A DNA stretch of 64,000 nucleotides from Neoconidiobolus thromboides FSU 785 (taxonomy: Eukaryota > Fungi > Entomophthoromycota), in assembly GCA_025603075.1 (NCBI GenBank), contig MU626263.1:1-64000 (forward strand). The letters are read 5' to 3'. The notes under the pieces were generated by a model, which made no database searches, was not told where the DNA came from, and was given only the letters and a program-made list of their open reading frames with translations. Shown here in pieces: positions 27,423 through 40,368 of the stretch (position 1 is the stretch's first letter; each line of letters begins with the position of its first letter). The position numbers and the translations under genes were made by a program.

Positions 27423-27794
27423 TTAGAAAGCATCAAGTACATTTTCGAAAGGAGCTGGATAGCCAGGATGATCGATTTTAGAACTAATTTCACGAATCGA
27501 GTAAACTAATCAAAGCTTAAAATATATTCTATAAAATAAGAGGAGATAGATGAACTTACCGCCTACCGCTTGATTTTTTTCATTGATAATTTCAAACTTT
27601 GGGTGATTATGTTCCGTTTCAAAACAATCTTTATCGTTAATAATTTTAATAATAATACCTAAACTAGAGATCATTTCTTCACTTCCTTCCATTCGATGAT
27701 AATATTCTACTCGATCTTGAAATCACAAATTATCAAGTTAGACTAAAATAAATATCAACCTACCTCCCACTTTAAGTTCAGCTGTAAAATCCAT
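27423..27794 (-). CDS. Small HVA1/Tudor-like protein (2 introns)
   Basis: Spliced model MDFTAELKVGDRVEYY...LGIIIKII...HPKFEIINE...VYSIREISSKI; last acceptor ambiguous (alternative stop at 27506). Confidence 0.55.
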
Positions 27795-28378
27795 AATTTT
27801 TAAAATTAATATTATAAAAAACGATTACGTCGTTTATTTAAATGAATATTTATACACATACTGATTCTTATCTTTATATCATAGTCCATTCTTTTGACTT
27901 TTTATTTGATACCATGTTTCACTTGATCAAATCAAACTTTTAAATTATGATACAATGATGAATCAAATATTATTTAAATGGTATTGTTTCAATGTTATTC
28001 TAAAATTTACTGCTACTACTAGAATATTTTGAATATGAATTTTGTTACAATGTCTTTTATAAATTGAATACTGTCTGTCATAATGATTTTACAAACTATA
28101 TGAAACATTTAATTTATAAAAGCATCAAATTATGTAAAAAGATTTATATTTAAATCATGTTAATAGTATTCTTATTATGCCAACTTTGATTTAATATTTT
28201 TAAAGAACAGTAATCAACGTTTCAATGTGGGAAAAAAATAAGAAATACAACAGAAACTAATTTTATATTCAAGATTTAGAAGTGTTTTATAATGAAACTT
28301 CAAATTAAGGAAACTATAATAAAATTTAATGATTATTTATTAGTTAAATAAAGGTATGTTATGCAAAAAGATTAATAT

Positions 28379-29041
28379 TTACAATATTAATGAAATAAGG
28401 CTGTAAAATAAGGATGATAAAAGGGAAATGGATACTAACTTAGCATTACTACTATTGTTAGATGGTTTAGTGACTGAGGCTTGGGAAGAACTTGAATTAG
28501 AATTAGAAGAGTCTTTACTACTCGAAGAAGAGTCAGCTGATGAAGGTTTACTATTTGGATCTTTGGTTTTAGTTGTAGCTAAATTACTAGATGAATTGTT
28601 TGATGAATCATCCGATGGATCATTAATAGTAGTAAAGGAAGCTTGTAAAGAAGCATCTGTTATCTTATTTTTAAGTTCACTTTGTTTATCATTGGCACGA
28701 CCAACTACTTGAAAAAAATGCGAAAATTTATAATTCCCATTAGAATCAGTAAGCTTAACAGCATAATCACCACCACTTACAAAATTATCCGGAATTGTAA
28801 AAAGTAATTGTTTATCACTTATCTTTCTTTCTCCTAATGAGGTTACTATTTTTAAATCATTGGGGTCCCCACGTACAATATCAATATTAACTGAACCTAT
28901 ATTATTATTGTCATTTATAAAGTACCAACTTATAGTTGCAGCTTTAGTAGTATACCATACTGTACCATCAACTGGATCATTGATCGCATAATCCGCTAGT
29001 ATTAAACTAAAGTAGGAGATAAAGTAAAGGACAAAATACAT
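28379..29041 (-). CDS. GPI-anchored Ser/Thr-rich wall protein with Kre9/Knh1-like N-terminal Ig domain
   Basis: Signal peptide; INDPVDGTVW...ATISW and GGDYAVKL...SHFFQV; Ser-rich tail; hydrophobic C-terminus. Confidence 0.85.
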   Translation of the reverse strand: MYFVLYFISYFSLILADYAINDPVDGTVWYTTKAATISWYFINDNNNIGSVNIDIVRGDPNDLKIVTSLGERKISDKQLLFTIPDNFVSGGDYAVKLTDSNGNYKFSHFFQVVGRANDKQSELKNKITDASLQASFTTINDPSDDSSNNSSSNLATTKTKDPNSKPSSADSSSSSKDSSNSNSSSSQASVTKPSNNSSNAKLVSISLLSSLFYSLISLIL

Positions 29042-30095
29042 GTTAAATATTGATAATTAATAAGAAAAGTAGTTGGATATTTATCTAGCTTTTATATAGC
29101 ATTTTTGCATATTAGATAACCCCATTAAAAACTTTAATTCAAATTCATTTTCTTTAGGCTTTGGTTCCGACCCCTTAATCGAGTTAACTCAATTAACTTA
29201 CCCACTTTTAAAACTCGAAGTTACGTTATTAACAACTTTTTTTTGATTGCTTTTAAAATTCCGTGGTTTTTATTAACTTATTTAAAGTAGTAAATTAAGA
29301 TATTTTTTTATTTCAATATATTATTATTGTATTATATCACTATAATATACTATTAGAACAAATTAAAGTTACTTTATTTGAATGTATATTTATTTGATAT
29401 ATATATTTGATTTCAAGATTTACAATAAATCTTGGTTTCCTTTCTACTCTCAACGAAATTTTATGCAATTAAAAGGGTTTAAGAAAGAGTAGTTTCCGCA
29501 GTTCGATTTTTGCAAAATAGTGTAAGATGATAGTTCTTAATTTTTAAGTTAGAGCACCACATTAATTTTGAGGACTTAAGCCCTAAATCAAACTGTAAAC
29601 TTGAAATTCAGCTAAGCTTAAAAAATTCGGACATATTTGAAGCATAATAGAATCTAAATTAAAAACTATCATATTAAACTGTTGTATATTTTTTTACACT
29701 TACAAAGAATTGAGTTATAAGTCATTCTAAGATTGGATGAAAACTCACTTAATAAAAATACGGAAGTTTTGACTATCTTGTCTAAAATGATATTAAATGT
29801 AATAGATTAAATTTAATTATGATTTTTTCTAAAACTATTTTATTTTTTTAGAACATCAATACTATATTAAAAATTGCTTGGAAATAAGGATCTCTTGGTT
29901 ATAAAGTACCTCACATAATATCAAAGGCTTTATTACCCTCTAAAATGTAGCTAAGCTTATTTAGTTTTTAGAGGTTGCTTGTCATCAATAATTCCTCAAA
30001 AGAATGCTTAAGTTTTTATAGAAAATATCCAAGTCACTTTTACAATATAAATAGAACTATTGACAGATTTAAACTTAAGTAAGCTTAACAATAAT

Positions 30096-30194
30096 GGGGA
30101 TGTGCTTTTTTGTTTAAGAATTTTACCAGCAACCTTTCCGCTCAAATGGCACTCAAAAGATGGAAAAAGTAATGAAACCAAAGAAAGCACTTTT
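30096..30194 (+). mobile_element. MITE copy 8
   Basis: GGGGATGT left end and family internal sequence; right end decayed. Confidence 0.75.
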
Positions 30195-30579
30195 CAATAT
30201 AACAATCTAACTAATAAGTTATTTTTTAGAATTTTTGTTCAAGCCATTTGAAATTTTAGGGATCTTCGACTAATCTAAGGAACTATCAAATTTATTAAAG
30301 ATTAGTTAAGAATATTGTATAGAGCAATTTATAAAGTAGTCGAACTTTTTATTTAACTCTGTTCTTGTAAGGGTATAGAATTATTACAGCTGAACTTTTT
30401 ACTGGAAAATTACCTTACTTTCAGATATAAAAAACATTTACTGTTATAATCAATAGCTTTAAAATTAACTATAATCTAAAAATATGAAAATGAAAAAATT
30501 ATTTATACAATTAACATAAAAAATAAAAATACTCTAATTAAATATTAAAAATCCAACATTTATTAATCTAAAATTACTA

Positions 30580-31443
30580 TTAAAAATTCAACCTTGCTAA
30601 AAACTTATCAAATTCCTTTAAGCTCAAAGGATTTGAAATAAATAAAATTGAATTGAGTGCTCCCTGAAACCCAGGGAAAAACAAATGGAATTTATCTATA
30701 ACTTTAATAACCTTCGTTTCATCAATGTTATACAATAATAAAAACATATAACAAATGCTAAATATACTACTAATAAAAGGAATCATTGTATAACTAAAAG
30801 CCGTAGCTATCAATTGGAATTGAGTCCATCTTTTTGCTTTAAAAAACAGATTTTGACTTCTTGAAGATGGGGAGGAATAAATCAGTTTATATAATAGAAA
30901 TAAAGACAAAAACAAAAAGGGAGTAGCAAAAAAAGAAAAAAAACTGGAAGTATATTTTATAGAAATGGTTGCTATTATTCCATTGTTTGTAGTTACAAAA
31001 TTACACATATCGATTTTACTCGAGTAACTTATAATTGGTATTAAACTTAATAATAAAGATAATAATATTGGTAATATATAGAATCCTTTTATAGCTATTC
31101 TAGTTAGTTCCGAATTAAAAATTAATTCAATTAACATAATAATTGAAATACATATAGAATAGATAGTGGATATTGAGACACAAAAAGCAGTTATCCATCG
31201 AAAGAGGTAACATGTAGTGTAAGTATACTCTCTCATTATAAGAAGTGATATTTGAATTATACAATTTATAAAATCAGATAACAAAATTAGTATATGTAAT
31301 TGATAATCTATTTTATGCACTAATTTTTCGTTAATTAGAGAAATAATTATAATCCCAATTAATAAAAAAAATAACATAAATATTGAGATGGAGTTTGACA
31401 AAATTGGTAGAAATGAAATTAAAAAAGAAACTGTAGAAGACAT
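30580..31443 (-). CDS. 7TM GPCR-like protein (cAMP-receptor/Git3-like)
   Basis: Seven hydrophobic segments, Cys at the start of TM3 and in ECL2, QGALNSILF in TM7; intronless 287 aa. Confidence 0.7.
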   Translation of the reverse strand: MSSTVSFLISFLPILSNSISIFMLFFLLIGIIIISLINEKLVHKIDYQLHILILLSDFINCIIQISLLIMREYTYTTCYLFRWITAFCVSISTIYSICISIIMLIELIFNSELTRIAIKGFYILPILLSLLLSLIPIISYSSKIDMCNFVTTNNGIIATISIKYTSSFFSFFATPFLFLSLFLLYKLIYSSPSSRSQNLFFKAKRWTQFQLIATAFSYTMIPFISSIFSICYMFLLLYNIDETKVIKVIDKFHLFFPGFQGALNSILFISNPLSLKEFDKFLARLNF

Positions 31444-31952
31444 TATTTTATATCTTTTTTTGATAGATAAAACAAATTAAAAAACTATAATTTGAGCTTT
31501 CATTTATAGTTTAGTTTGAGTATAAGATAACCTTCTATTTATTTTAAAAAGAAAAGTTATGCGGCAAATTCATTTGAGTCATTCTTTATAGAAATAGTTT
31601 ATTGGAACTTATATAATACAATAAGATGACATTTGAAACGAGTTCAATTTGATCACCAAAAATATTACTATATTTGATAAATAATTTACTATATTTAGAA
31701 ACTATAAAAAATTTGAATTGTTCTGATTCAATGTAAATGAGAAATTTGTTTTGAATAGAAATCTGTTTTCTTCTATTTATTTATAAGTGAATTAGTTAGT
31801 AATTAATTACTAATTATTTTTGGTCATGTCATTAGCTAATTTTTTATTTAAATACTATATAATATATGATATAAGACTTGGTAAACACTTATCAAAATTA
31901 ACTATCTATAAAAAAGCTATTTTATTAGTAACTTTTAAACAAATATATATAT

Positions 31953-32049
31953 GAAGATGTATCTTTTATTTAAAAGTTTTATTAACAATCTTTCCACTCA
32001 AATAGCGCTTGAAAAATAGAGAAGTAATGAAATCAAAAGAGACATTCTC
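31953..32049 (+). mobile_element. MITE copy 9
   Basis: GAAGATGT...ACATTCTC; ATAT on both flanks. Confidence 0.8.
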
Positions 32050-32425
32050 ATATGTAAAAACTAAGACTCAAACGAATATTTAATAAATAAAAACATAGAG
32101 AAAATAAATAATAATATTTTTATAAAATAAATATTTAAATAAATAGTAAAAATATTCAGAAGATATTTAATATATTTTATAATTAAAAACATAACGGAAT
32201 CTAAACAAATAGACTGATATATATTATAGTTTGATACTTTAATACCATAATTCAAATTCAACTGAAGCTTGGCCCTTTAATAGCCTTATTCTTTACTTAA
32301 ATGAATTCTTATAATAATTAATACAATTGAATTTCACACCAAATAATGAATTTTTTGACAAAAATAATAGTTAGAAATATACAACTACGAACCTATAAAA
32401 CTCAATAAATAAAATAATCATTATT

Positions 32426-35400
32426 TCATTCTGAATGACTCAAATAATCATCATCATCTTTAACTTTGAAATAAATTACATCCGCTTGTATATCATTATC
32501 CGATAAATCTCTTAACCAAGTCTAATAATAATAATAAATAACACAAATAATTAATATCATTACTCATTTAATTAATTTATTTTTTACCTTTTGTTTAAAT
32601 GATAATATATCACCAGGACCTTTGACCTCAGCAAACCTTACATATTTCTTATCCAAATGAATTAAAGTTAAATCAGGAAACCCAGTAAAATAATAATTAT
32701 AATCCATTATTAATTTTCTCATAATATTAATTAACCCGTTAACAGGTAGATATTTTACTATTGAAGTTAAATCTAATAATGAATAAATTGGATCAAATCC
32801 CACTACTTTAACTAGTGTTTTGTTAATTTCGTTATAATTTTTTTTTAATACTGATAATCCCATCCCAGTTTTTATATAGCTTAAATGAGTTTCAATTACT
32901 TCTTTGCGATCTAATTAACAATAAAAAACAAAAAATAAAATAAAATAATAATTTACTTTGATAGAAACATTTAGACATAAAATCTAAAGGTTGTGATTGA
33001 TATTGAGTTTCGAATACATTTGAAACGGGCATAAACAAAATATCCCAAAATAAATAAATAAAAAGTGTAGTAATTAATTTTCCTTCGCAATGATATCCGA
33101 TATAACCTTGTTTTTTAAAATGATCTAATGCCAATTCTTCTATTGTATTTTCACTACCATCTGTACTTCGATAAATTCTTCTTGTTTTTGCAGATTTACA
33201 ATTATTTAATAATTTTTGTGCAATCAATTCTATTGTAGTTGGTTTTTTAAACAAAGGTAATTGAAAGTTGAAAGTAATATTAATGTTTTTTATTTTTCTT
33301 AATCGATCATAAATCATCTCTTTATCATCTAAACATATGTAATATAAAATAATATAAAATAATATAAATTTAATAATACAAATTTAATAGTATAAATTTC
33401 TTACCTAAATTCAATAAAGAATCATTCAATCCTTTAATACAAATATCAAACCCTAATTTTAATTTATCTTTATCTTTTTTAAAATAGTTTTGTAATATTA
33501 ATCCAAGTCGATTATACCAAATACCTCTTTTCTTAATTCGATATATTTTTTGTTTTAATAGTATTTGTAATAATTCACTTTCTTCCAAATATTTTTTTTC
33601 ATTAGCTAATACTCTTAGTTTTATTTCTTGTATTTTAGTAAATAAATAACCTATATAAGAATTAATTAATTGGAATCTATATTAAGCATCATTATTCAAA
33701 TAAATTTACCAGCTGTATAGTTAAGTTGATAATCCATCAATTTATAATTATCAAAAAACTCAATTTCTTTCTGCCATTGTTCATAACATTCATTAGCAAT
33801 TTCTTTAATAATTTGATAATAAAATTCTTTTTCATTTTTCATATGAAAAGCTTCTATTGTTATATGATACATAATATTGGCATATTCAAAATTTAAAAAA
33901 TGTTGTTGATTTAAGAAAAATTGTCGATTTCTACTAACTTGATATTTCGGAAAACATAACTTATTACTTTGAACTAAAATCGCTTTTGTTAAATGACATT
34001 GATTTAATGGTAATGTACGATGATAGGCCAACTGAAGTCGATCAAATAATTGTCTTATATTGAGGTTTAATTGAATTCTTTCTCCTAATATAAAATAACA
34101 TTTTTGTATATATTTATCTAAGTTAGATATATTATTGTTTTTACTATTATTATTTTTTAATTTCCAATTAGAAAACGCAAATAAACTAGGCTGATTTTTA
34201 CAATGCAATATTAATTTTTGGGTTATTATATCTTTCTAGTTAGAATAAACAAAATAATAAATAATATGGTATAATAAAACAAACGATTTCTTACTGGTTT
34301 ACTTTTAAATCCATCAAACCATTTTTCCCCTTTAACAATTGTTTTTAATTGAGGCAGAGTCATCATTGCTATTAATTCTTCTAAACTTGACCTACCCGAA
34401 GAAAATAATATAAAAAACTGTTCTTTTATTAATTGATTTAAACTATCATCTAATTGATTTTTAACTCTTTTTTTAATACAATAATCTAGTAAACTTTCTT
34501 TTTTAATCCAACCATGTTTTCTTAAATAAACCCTTAATAACAAATATTGACTTAATTCTAATAAATAAAATTCAATTAATTAAAAATTACTTCAAAAAAA
34601 CTAAATAAAAGCCTACCATCTAACTTTAAGTATTTATTAAATGTATCAATCTCCTCGTCAGAAAATAAATAACTTTCATTCAATAATATGTCATTTAGCC
34701 AATCATTGAAGATTTGTAATAAATAATCATTTAATATCTCTATTTTAATATCTTCTTCCAAAAAAATTTCTTTTTCTTCTGGTTCAATTAATTCACTAAC
34801 TTCTCTTTTAACGGTTACTTTAGGGCTTTTCACTTGTTCCTTTAACACCTATTATTGTTTAAGTAAATTAAATTAAATTAAAAACATAATAAATTCATTA
34901 ATGATTTACCTCTTCTTTTAATTTACTTTTTACTTGGACCATTTCAAAAAAACTGCTACTATTTATTATATCTATTTTTTTCTCATTAATTTTGTTTTGA
35001 GTTTCAATATCCACTTTGTTATTTTTACTTTTTTCTGAAGCCCCAATATTTTCATTCTTTTGATTATTACCTTCTTTTTTGTTTAATTCATTATTTTCAC
35101 TTTGAATTTGAATCTCATTATATTGATTCTTTTCATTATCTTTTTCATTTAATTCTTTACTTTCACTTTTCCTTGAATCTTCATTATCCTTGTTATTTTC
35201 ATTATTTTTCTTGTTTAATTTACTTCTTTCAATTTCCCCCAATCCTTCCTCAATCCTGCTCTTTTTACTTCCTTTATCTCTTTCTTCGACATCTGGTTCA
35301 TCACTACTTTTATTCTTGATTTGATTTAACTCTCCTTCAGCCTCAGTTTTATTTCTTTTATTATTATTCTTTCGTCTACTTTTAACAACTTTAAAATCAC

Positions 35401-35500
35401 TAGGAATCGAATTAGAACTCTGAGTTGCACTTTTATTCGTCATGTTTCCTCCTTGGCCATCATCTGTTGTTGGGATGATGATTTCGCTTAATTGACTCAT
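32426..35500 (-). CDS. FAN1: FAN1 (VRR-NUC) nuclease, multi-exon
   Basis: GYHCEGKLITTLFIYLFWDILF, FETQYQSQPLD, GFPDLTL...FAEVKGPGDILSFKQK PD-(D/E)xK motif; 5' exon structure tentative. Confidence 0.88.
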
Positions 35501-36589
35501 TTTCGGAAATTACATAAAAGAAAAAATAGAGTGAATTAATATTTCTTTAAAATTATGTTCAAGTTCAATTATAGGTAAATATATAATACATTAAGAATTA
35601 AGTTTCAGAGTTCAATATTTATTGAATCTATATAACTATTTTATAGAATGCAAATTGTAATTTAAAAAGGACATTAAATGCATTACATTATTCTCATTTA
35701 ATTTTTTATATTTATTACAATTATAAAATTAATTATTATTTCAAAACTTCAACTTAAAGCAATATATTACTCAAAAAATATCGACTTACATTATGTTAAA
35801 TAGTCTTAATACAAGAATCAGTTTATTTTAATATACGAGTTTGTATAATATTTCAGAATGTTTTGTTGAACATTAGTCTTTTATAGAAATTTTCTACATA
35901 ATAAAATCAAATATCAATTCAAAAGTAAGTAACCTATTTCGATCCATTGACTTGCCAACATAAGATCTAAAAATAATGCACAGTTCAATCTATATACTTC
36001 CTTTATTAAAAGCCAACATTATAGCTCATAATCTACTATCATATCATCCTATTCATTTATAAACTAATCCTATTCAGCTCTATACAAATATACTAATTAA
36101 CAAAGTTTTTGAATTTAGTTGATTTTAATAGTTACTATGTCTTAAATTTCAGGAGTTCAATTCAAAAGCAAGCTGTTTTGAATTTTACACTATGAAAACT
36201 AACAACACATTATCATTATCAGTAAAATGCAACTTTTAAATAATAATATTCAACTTTAAGATAGAATAACTATTTCATCGAGTAATTATGAGATCATGTA
36301 AATACTCAATTTTGTATAATTTGTGATATATTATTTGACCACAAATGGCAAGTTAGACCAACTTGCATTTAGATATTTTTCTATTTTCTAATATCTTGTT
36401 ATCTTATTCTAATAGAAATTTGTCATTCTAGAAAAATAATAGAGCTTAAATTTGATAATATAATATTATTGCAAATTAAAAGAAAATGAATAGCATTTAA
36501 GTCCAGAATAATTAAAAATTCAATATTAAGATTTAAATTCTAGTTTGCTATTTTAATTCAACAGTTGCATAGAAAAACGGCAAATTTAA

Positions 36590-37195
36590 ATGGATAAAGA
36601 GACTAAAGATGTTGAAATTGTATCAGAAGAAGATAAAGAGGTAATTGAAATCATAGAAGAAGTGGGTCGGGATATAATAGAACAAAAAGAAGGTTGCGAT
36701 GAAGGTAAGGAAGCTGGTGATTTATTAGAAAGTAGAAACAAATATTTAAAAATCGGACAATATACATGTATTAAATTACAATTTTTATACTATAAAACTG
36801 ACAAGTCTTGGTTTTTCACTAAAAATTCAACAGACTCTAATACCACTCTTAGCTTCCCAATCATTGAACAGGTCATCATCTTATTAAAGCCAAAGTTGAA
36901 ATCCACTTTAAAACAATATTATGATAACACTATCACTACTATTGTCGAACCTACTTTAGCCAGCCCAGAGATTATAATAACCGAAAATTTAGTGTTGATT
37001 TACTTTTTGACAAAAGGGTATAATTTTAATCAAAATCAAAGTTTTTATTTGCTGATGGAGGAGAGGATGAAGATTCAAGATTTCCGAATGTTTGAAAAGA
37101 ATGTTTATTTAATGGTAGCGCCAAGAGACGATAAAGGAGATTCTAAAAGGATTGTTAATAGGATGTTAAGAAGCGTAAGAGAGTGGTTGGATTAG
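36590..37195 (+). CDS. Orphan intronless ORF, 201 aa, acidic N-terminus
   Basis: Long ATG-started ORF in very AT-rich DNA; no family recognised. Confidence 0.45.
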   Translation: MDKETKDVEIVSEEDKEVIEIIEEVGRDIIEQKEGCDEGKEAGDLLESRNKYLKIGQYTCIKLQFLYYKTDKSWFFTKNSTDSNTTLSFPIIEQVIILLKPKLKSTLKQYYDNTITTIVEPTLASPEIIITENLVLIYFLTKGYNFNQNQSFYLLMEERMKIQDFRMFEKNVYLMVAPRDDKGDSKRIVNRMLRSVREWLD

Positions 37196-37467
37196 TATAA
37201 GGTATTTATTTTTACGTCGGTAGGAAGTAAATAAACGTTATTAATCTCTTGAAGCAAATAGTCTTGGAATCAGACTATAGCCTGCTATACTTTTTAAGTG
37301 ATTTTGTTATTAAATTGAAATCTATTAAAGTTTGGTTTTCTACTTTTATTATTTTTTAGTTTTTATTATTTAAAATCAAGGTGAACTTTACTTGAAATAT
37401 TAATATTTATCAACTGTAAGTTTTTATTTAATATATTAATTATTTCATGTCATTCTATAATTAATTT

Positions 37468-37556
37468 GAGGGTGTCTTTTTTGATTTCATCACTTTTTCC
37501 ACTTTTTAAGCACTATTTAAGTGAAGAATTATTAGCAAAATTTAAAATACATCTTC
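37468..37556 (-). mobile_element. MITE copy 10 (internally deleted)
   Basis: GAGGGTGT...ACATCTTC; flanks ATTT/ATTC. Confidence 0.75.
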
Positions 37557-37767
37557 ATTCAAACATTAAGCAATATTTTGTAGACTATAGTTGAACATAT
37601 CATAACTCAAACTAGTCAAAGGTTCTCAAACTTTAATTAGTTAAATATAGAATCATAACGCTTCTTTTTATTTAAAAAACATTTTATTTACCTATATGTA
37701 AATTACTACATTAAAAAATCGCATCTACAAATATAAAAGCCACAACTCATATTAAATTTCAACATCT

Positions 37768-39212
37768 TTATTTAAGACTTGAATTCTTAGCAGTGGCAGT
37801 CATACAAAGGCCATTTTTGGTTTTTAATTGATGAAATTTATTAGTATCTGGATGGTACCAACCGGCTATTCTATTATCATCTGTTTTTAGTCCAGGTTGA
37901 ATAGTTTCCCAAATTTTTCTTTTTGGGTTTAATACAGCTTCTGGCTCTTGTCCTTCAAATTCTTCAAAATAAACTCGATCTCCAGGTTGAGACCCGCTTG
38001 GTGGGTCAACAAATTCTACTTTACCTTCAGCACTGGTACCGCATAATACCATAGCATGAGATTTCACTCCACGCATACTGTAGATAACGAATGTTAATAT
38101 TTGTGTATTTTTATGGTTGATAATGTTAATTTACTTAGCTGGTTTCAAATTGCAAACCAAAATAACGTAACGATTCTATGAAAAAATAATTAAGAAAAGC
38201 TCATTGAAAAAAATCGATAAAATTACCTTCATCTCTTCAAGTGAAAAATGATTGACTAATCCAGAAACAACAGTACGTGGAGCTTCTTCACCAAGTTCAA
38301 TTTGTTCCACATATAAAGAATCAGCAGCTTCATGTTTAGCGACTTCAATAATATGACCCACTCTAAGATCAATCATAGAAGGAACTATAGGAGCGGCAAC
38401 AGCTAATTCAAATAAATAAGTAAACCCTATATAACCAATAAAAAAGCATATAAAATTTACCAGCTTTAGCAGGAGCAGCTGGTTTTTTCTCTTTCTTTTT
38501 TTTACCACCCAAATTTAAAGCTTCTAAATCAATAGTAATAGCTTCCATTTCAGCAGATTTAAAACTTTCACCCTTAGAAAGTAAAGTTTGAATATTGTTA
38601 AACCATCTCATTACATTTAATAATGTTTTTTGTCCTTCAAGTCCAATGCTGTTGATGTGATTCCTTAAACGTGCATAAACGACTAAATCAGCAAGTGTAA
38701 ACTTGTTATTACAAAGGTAACTTTTGCCGGATAAATGAGAATTGAGGGTCTATATTATTAATAAAATAATTTACAAAAAACATGAGCTTATCTACCTTTG
38801 AAAATTCAGCTAATTCTTCTTCACTTACTGATGAGCTGGATAGCCATTGCTCAACCTAAAATAAATAAACATAATTAAATCCATTTTTTTAAAAAAAAAG
38901 AAACAAAGTAAATTACATCAGCTTGAACTTGAGGTTCTTCTGAACTTCCGCCAAACTTGGAATCATATTCATTAGCTAAATAAACTAATACGCTATTTTC
39001 TGAAGTGATTTCAATATTATCTTGAAGTTGAAGTTTGGTAGGCTATACAATCGAATATTAGTATATCTAATCAAATAATTGAAAAATATAATTACTTCAT
39101 TATCTTCAATAGATACTTTGAGGGTTGGTTGAGCTTCCTTATTAGTTTCGACAAGATAATGATAGACTAATATGGCTACTTGATCTTTTTTACTGATGCT
39201 TAATTGACTCAT
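37768..39212 (-). CDS. ARC1: tRNA-aminoacylation cofactor Arc1 (GST-C plus EMAPII OB fold)
   Basis: KFTLADLVVY...MRWFNNIQ; IDLRVGHI, ADSLYVEQIELGE, PRTVVSGL, MRGVKSHAMVLC. Confidence 0.92.
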
Positions 39213-39452
39213 TTCTGAAGGTTAAAAATAGACTAGTTGTTTTATTTTGAAAATTTTACTTTGGATCGAAATTATTAATGTACTCTAGAATTAGGGGATT
39301 TTTTTGGAATTTTTTTGATGACGAATTGAATTCATTTTTGACAAGGATAAAGTTAATTTAATATAGTAGCTAAAAAATTAATAAAATTAAAAAGCTTTAT
39401 TAAAATGTAAAATAGAATAAAAAAAGGACTCTTTACTTGATATTTTAAATAT

Positions 39453-39549
39453 GAAAACGCATTTTTGTGTTTGAGAATTTTACTAACAATTTTTCCATTC
39501 AAATAGCGTTTGAAAAATAGAAAAATAATGAAATCAAAAAAACATCCCT
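39453..39549 (+). mobile_element. MITE copy 11
   Basis: GAAAACGC...ACATCCCT; ATAT on both flanks. Confidence 0.8.
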
Positions 39550-39701
39550 ATATTATAAAATATTATTTTGTCAGTTTTATAATTGATTATAATATGATAA
39601 TTGCTTGGATTATTTATAAAACTGACTGCAATTTTATAATTTATAATTTATATAATAAATTTAATTAGCTTTAAATGGTTTTGCTACTGAAAGTTATCAA
39701 T

Positions 39702-40268
39702 GGAAGCGTTCTTTTTGGCTTCATTACTGTGAAACCTGGTACTCAGTGATTGGGGTCAAAAACAGCTATTGCTTAGTTGACCATACTGTAAGTCGAGAGG
39801 TCTTAGTTTATGTGACTAAGGTAGATCTGGATTATGAAGAATAGCACGTAATAGGCTACGGACTATGTAAGACGATTGGAATAGATAATACTACTGTAAA
39901 ATCTACCTAAAATACTATTAAGTAAACTTAGTGGCATTATTAAATGTTCGAGATATCAGGGAATAATTCAGTTAAAAAGCCTTGAGTTACTATGTTCTAG
40001 AGTCCTTTTTATACTCCAAGTATGGATATTAAAATGGGGAGATAATATCCTTCGGAGTCATGTGACAGAAATTTCCATAGCAAATCAAAATGAGAGCATA
40101 GGATTAATTGTCTCTGAACTCGAGAACACAACAGCTTAAGTGATTGTTATACTATAATCAATCGTGGAGCTAACAAAGCGATATTTCACAATTACTTTTT
40201 CCACCTTTTAAACACTATTTAAAAAGAAGGATTATTAGTAAAATCCCCAAACGCAAAAATACATCCCC
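39702..40268 (-). mobile_element. MITE copy 12, split by a solo LTR
   Basis: 39702-39727 (GGAAGCGTTCTTTTTGGCTTCATTAC) continues at 40191 (ATTACTTTTTCCACC...ACATCCCC). Confidence 0.8.
39728..40190. mobile_element. Solo LTR, 463 bp
   Basis: TGTGAAA...TTTCACA inverted ends; 5-bp TSD ATTAC at 39723-39727 and 40191-40195; higher GC than the flanks. Confidence 0.85.
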
Positions 40269-40274
40269 ATATAT

Positions 40275-40368
40275 GAGGATGTATTTTTTTGTTTAAGAAT
40301 TTTATTAACAATCTTTCTTTTTAAATAATGCTTCAAAATCGAAAAAATCAAGCTAAAAAAACATCCCC
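40275..40368 (+). mobile_element. MITE copy 13
   Basis: GAGGATGT...ACATCCCC; ATAT flanks; 6 bp from copy 12, inverted relative to it. Confidence 0.8.
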
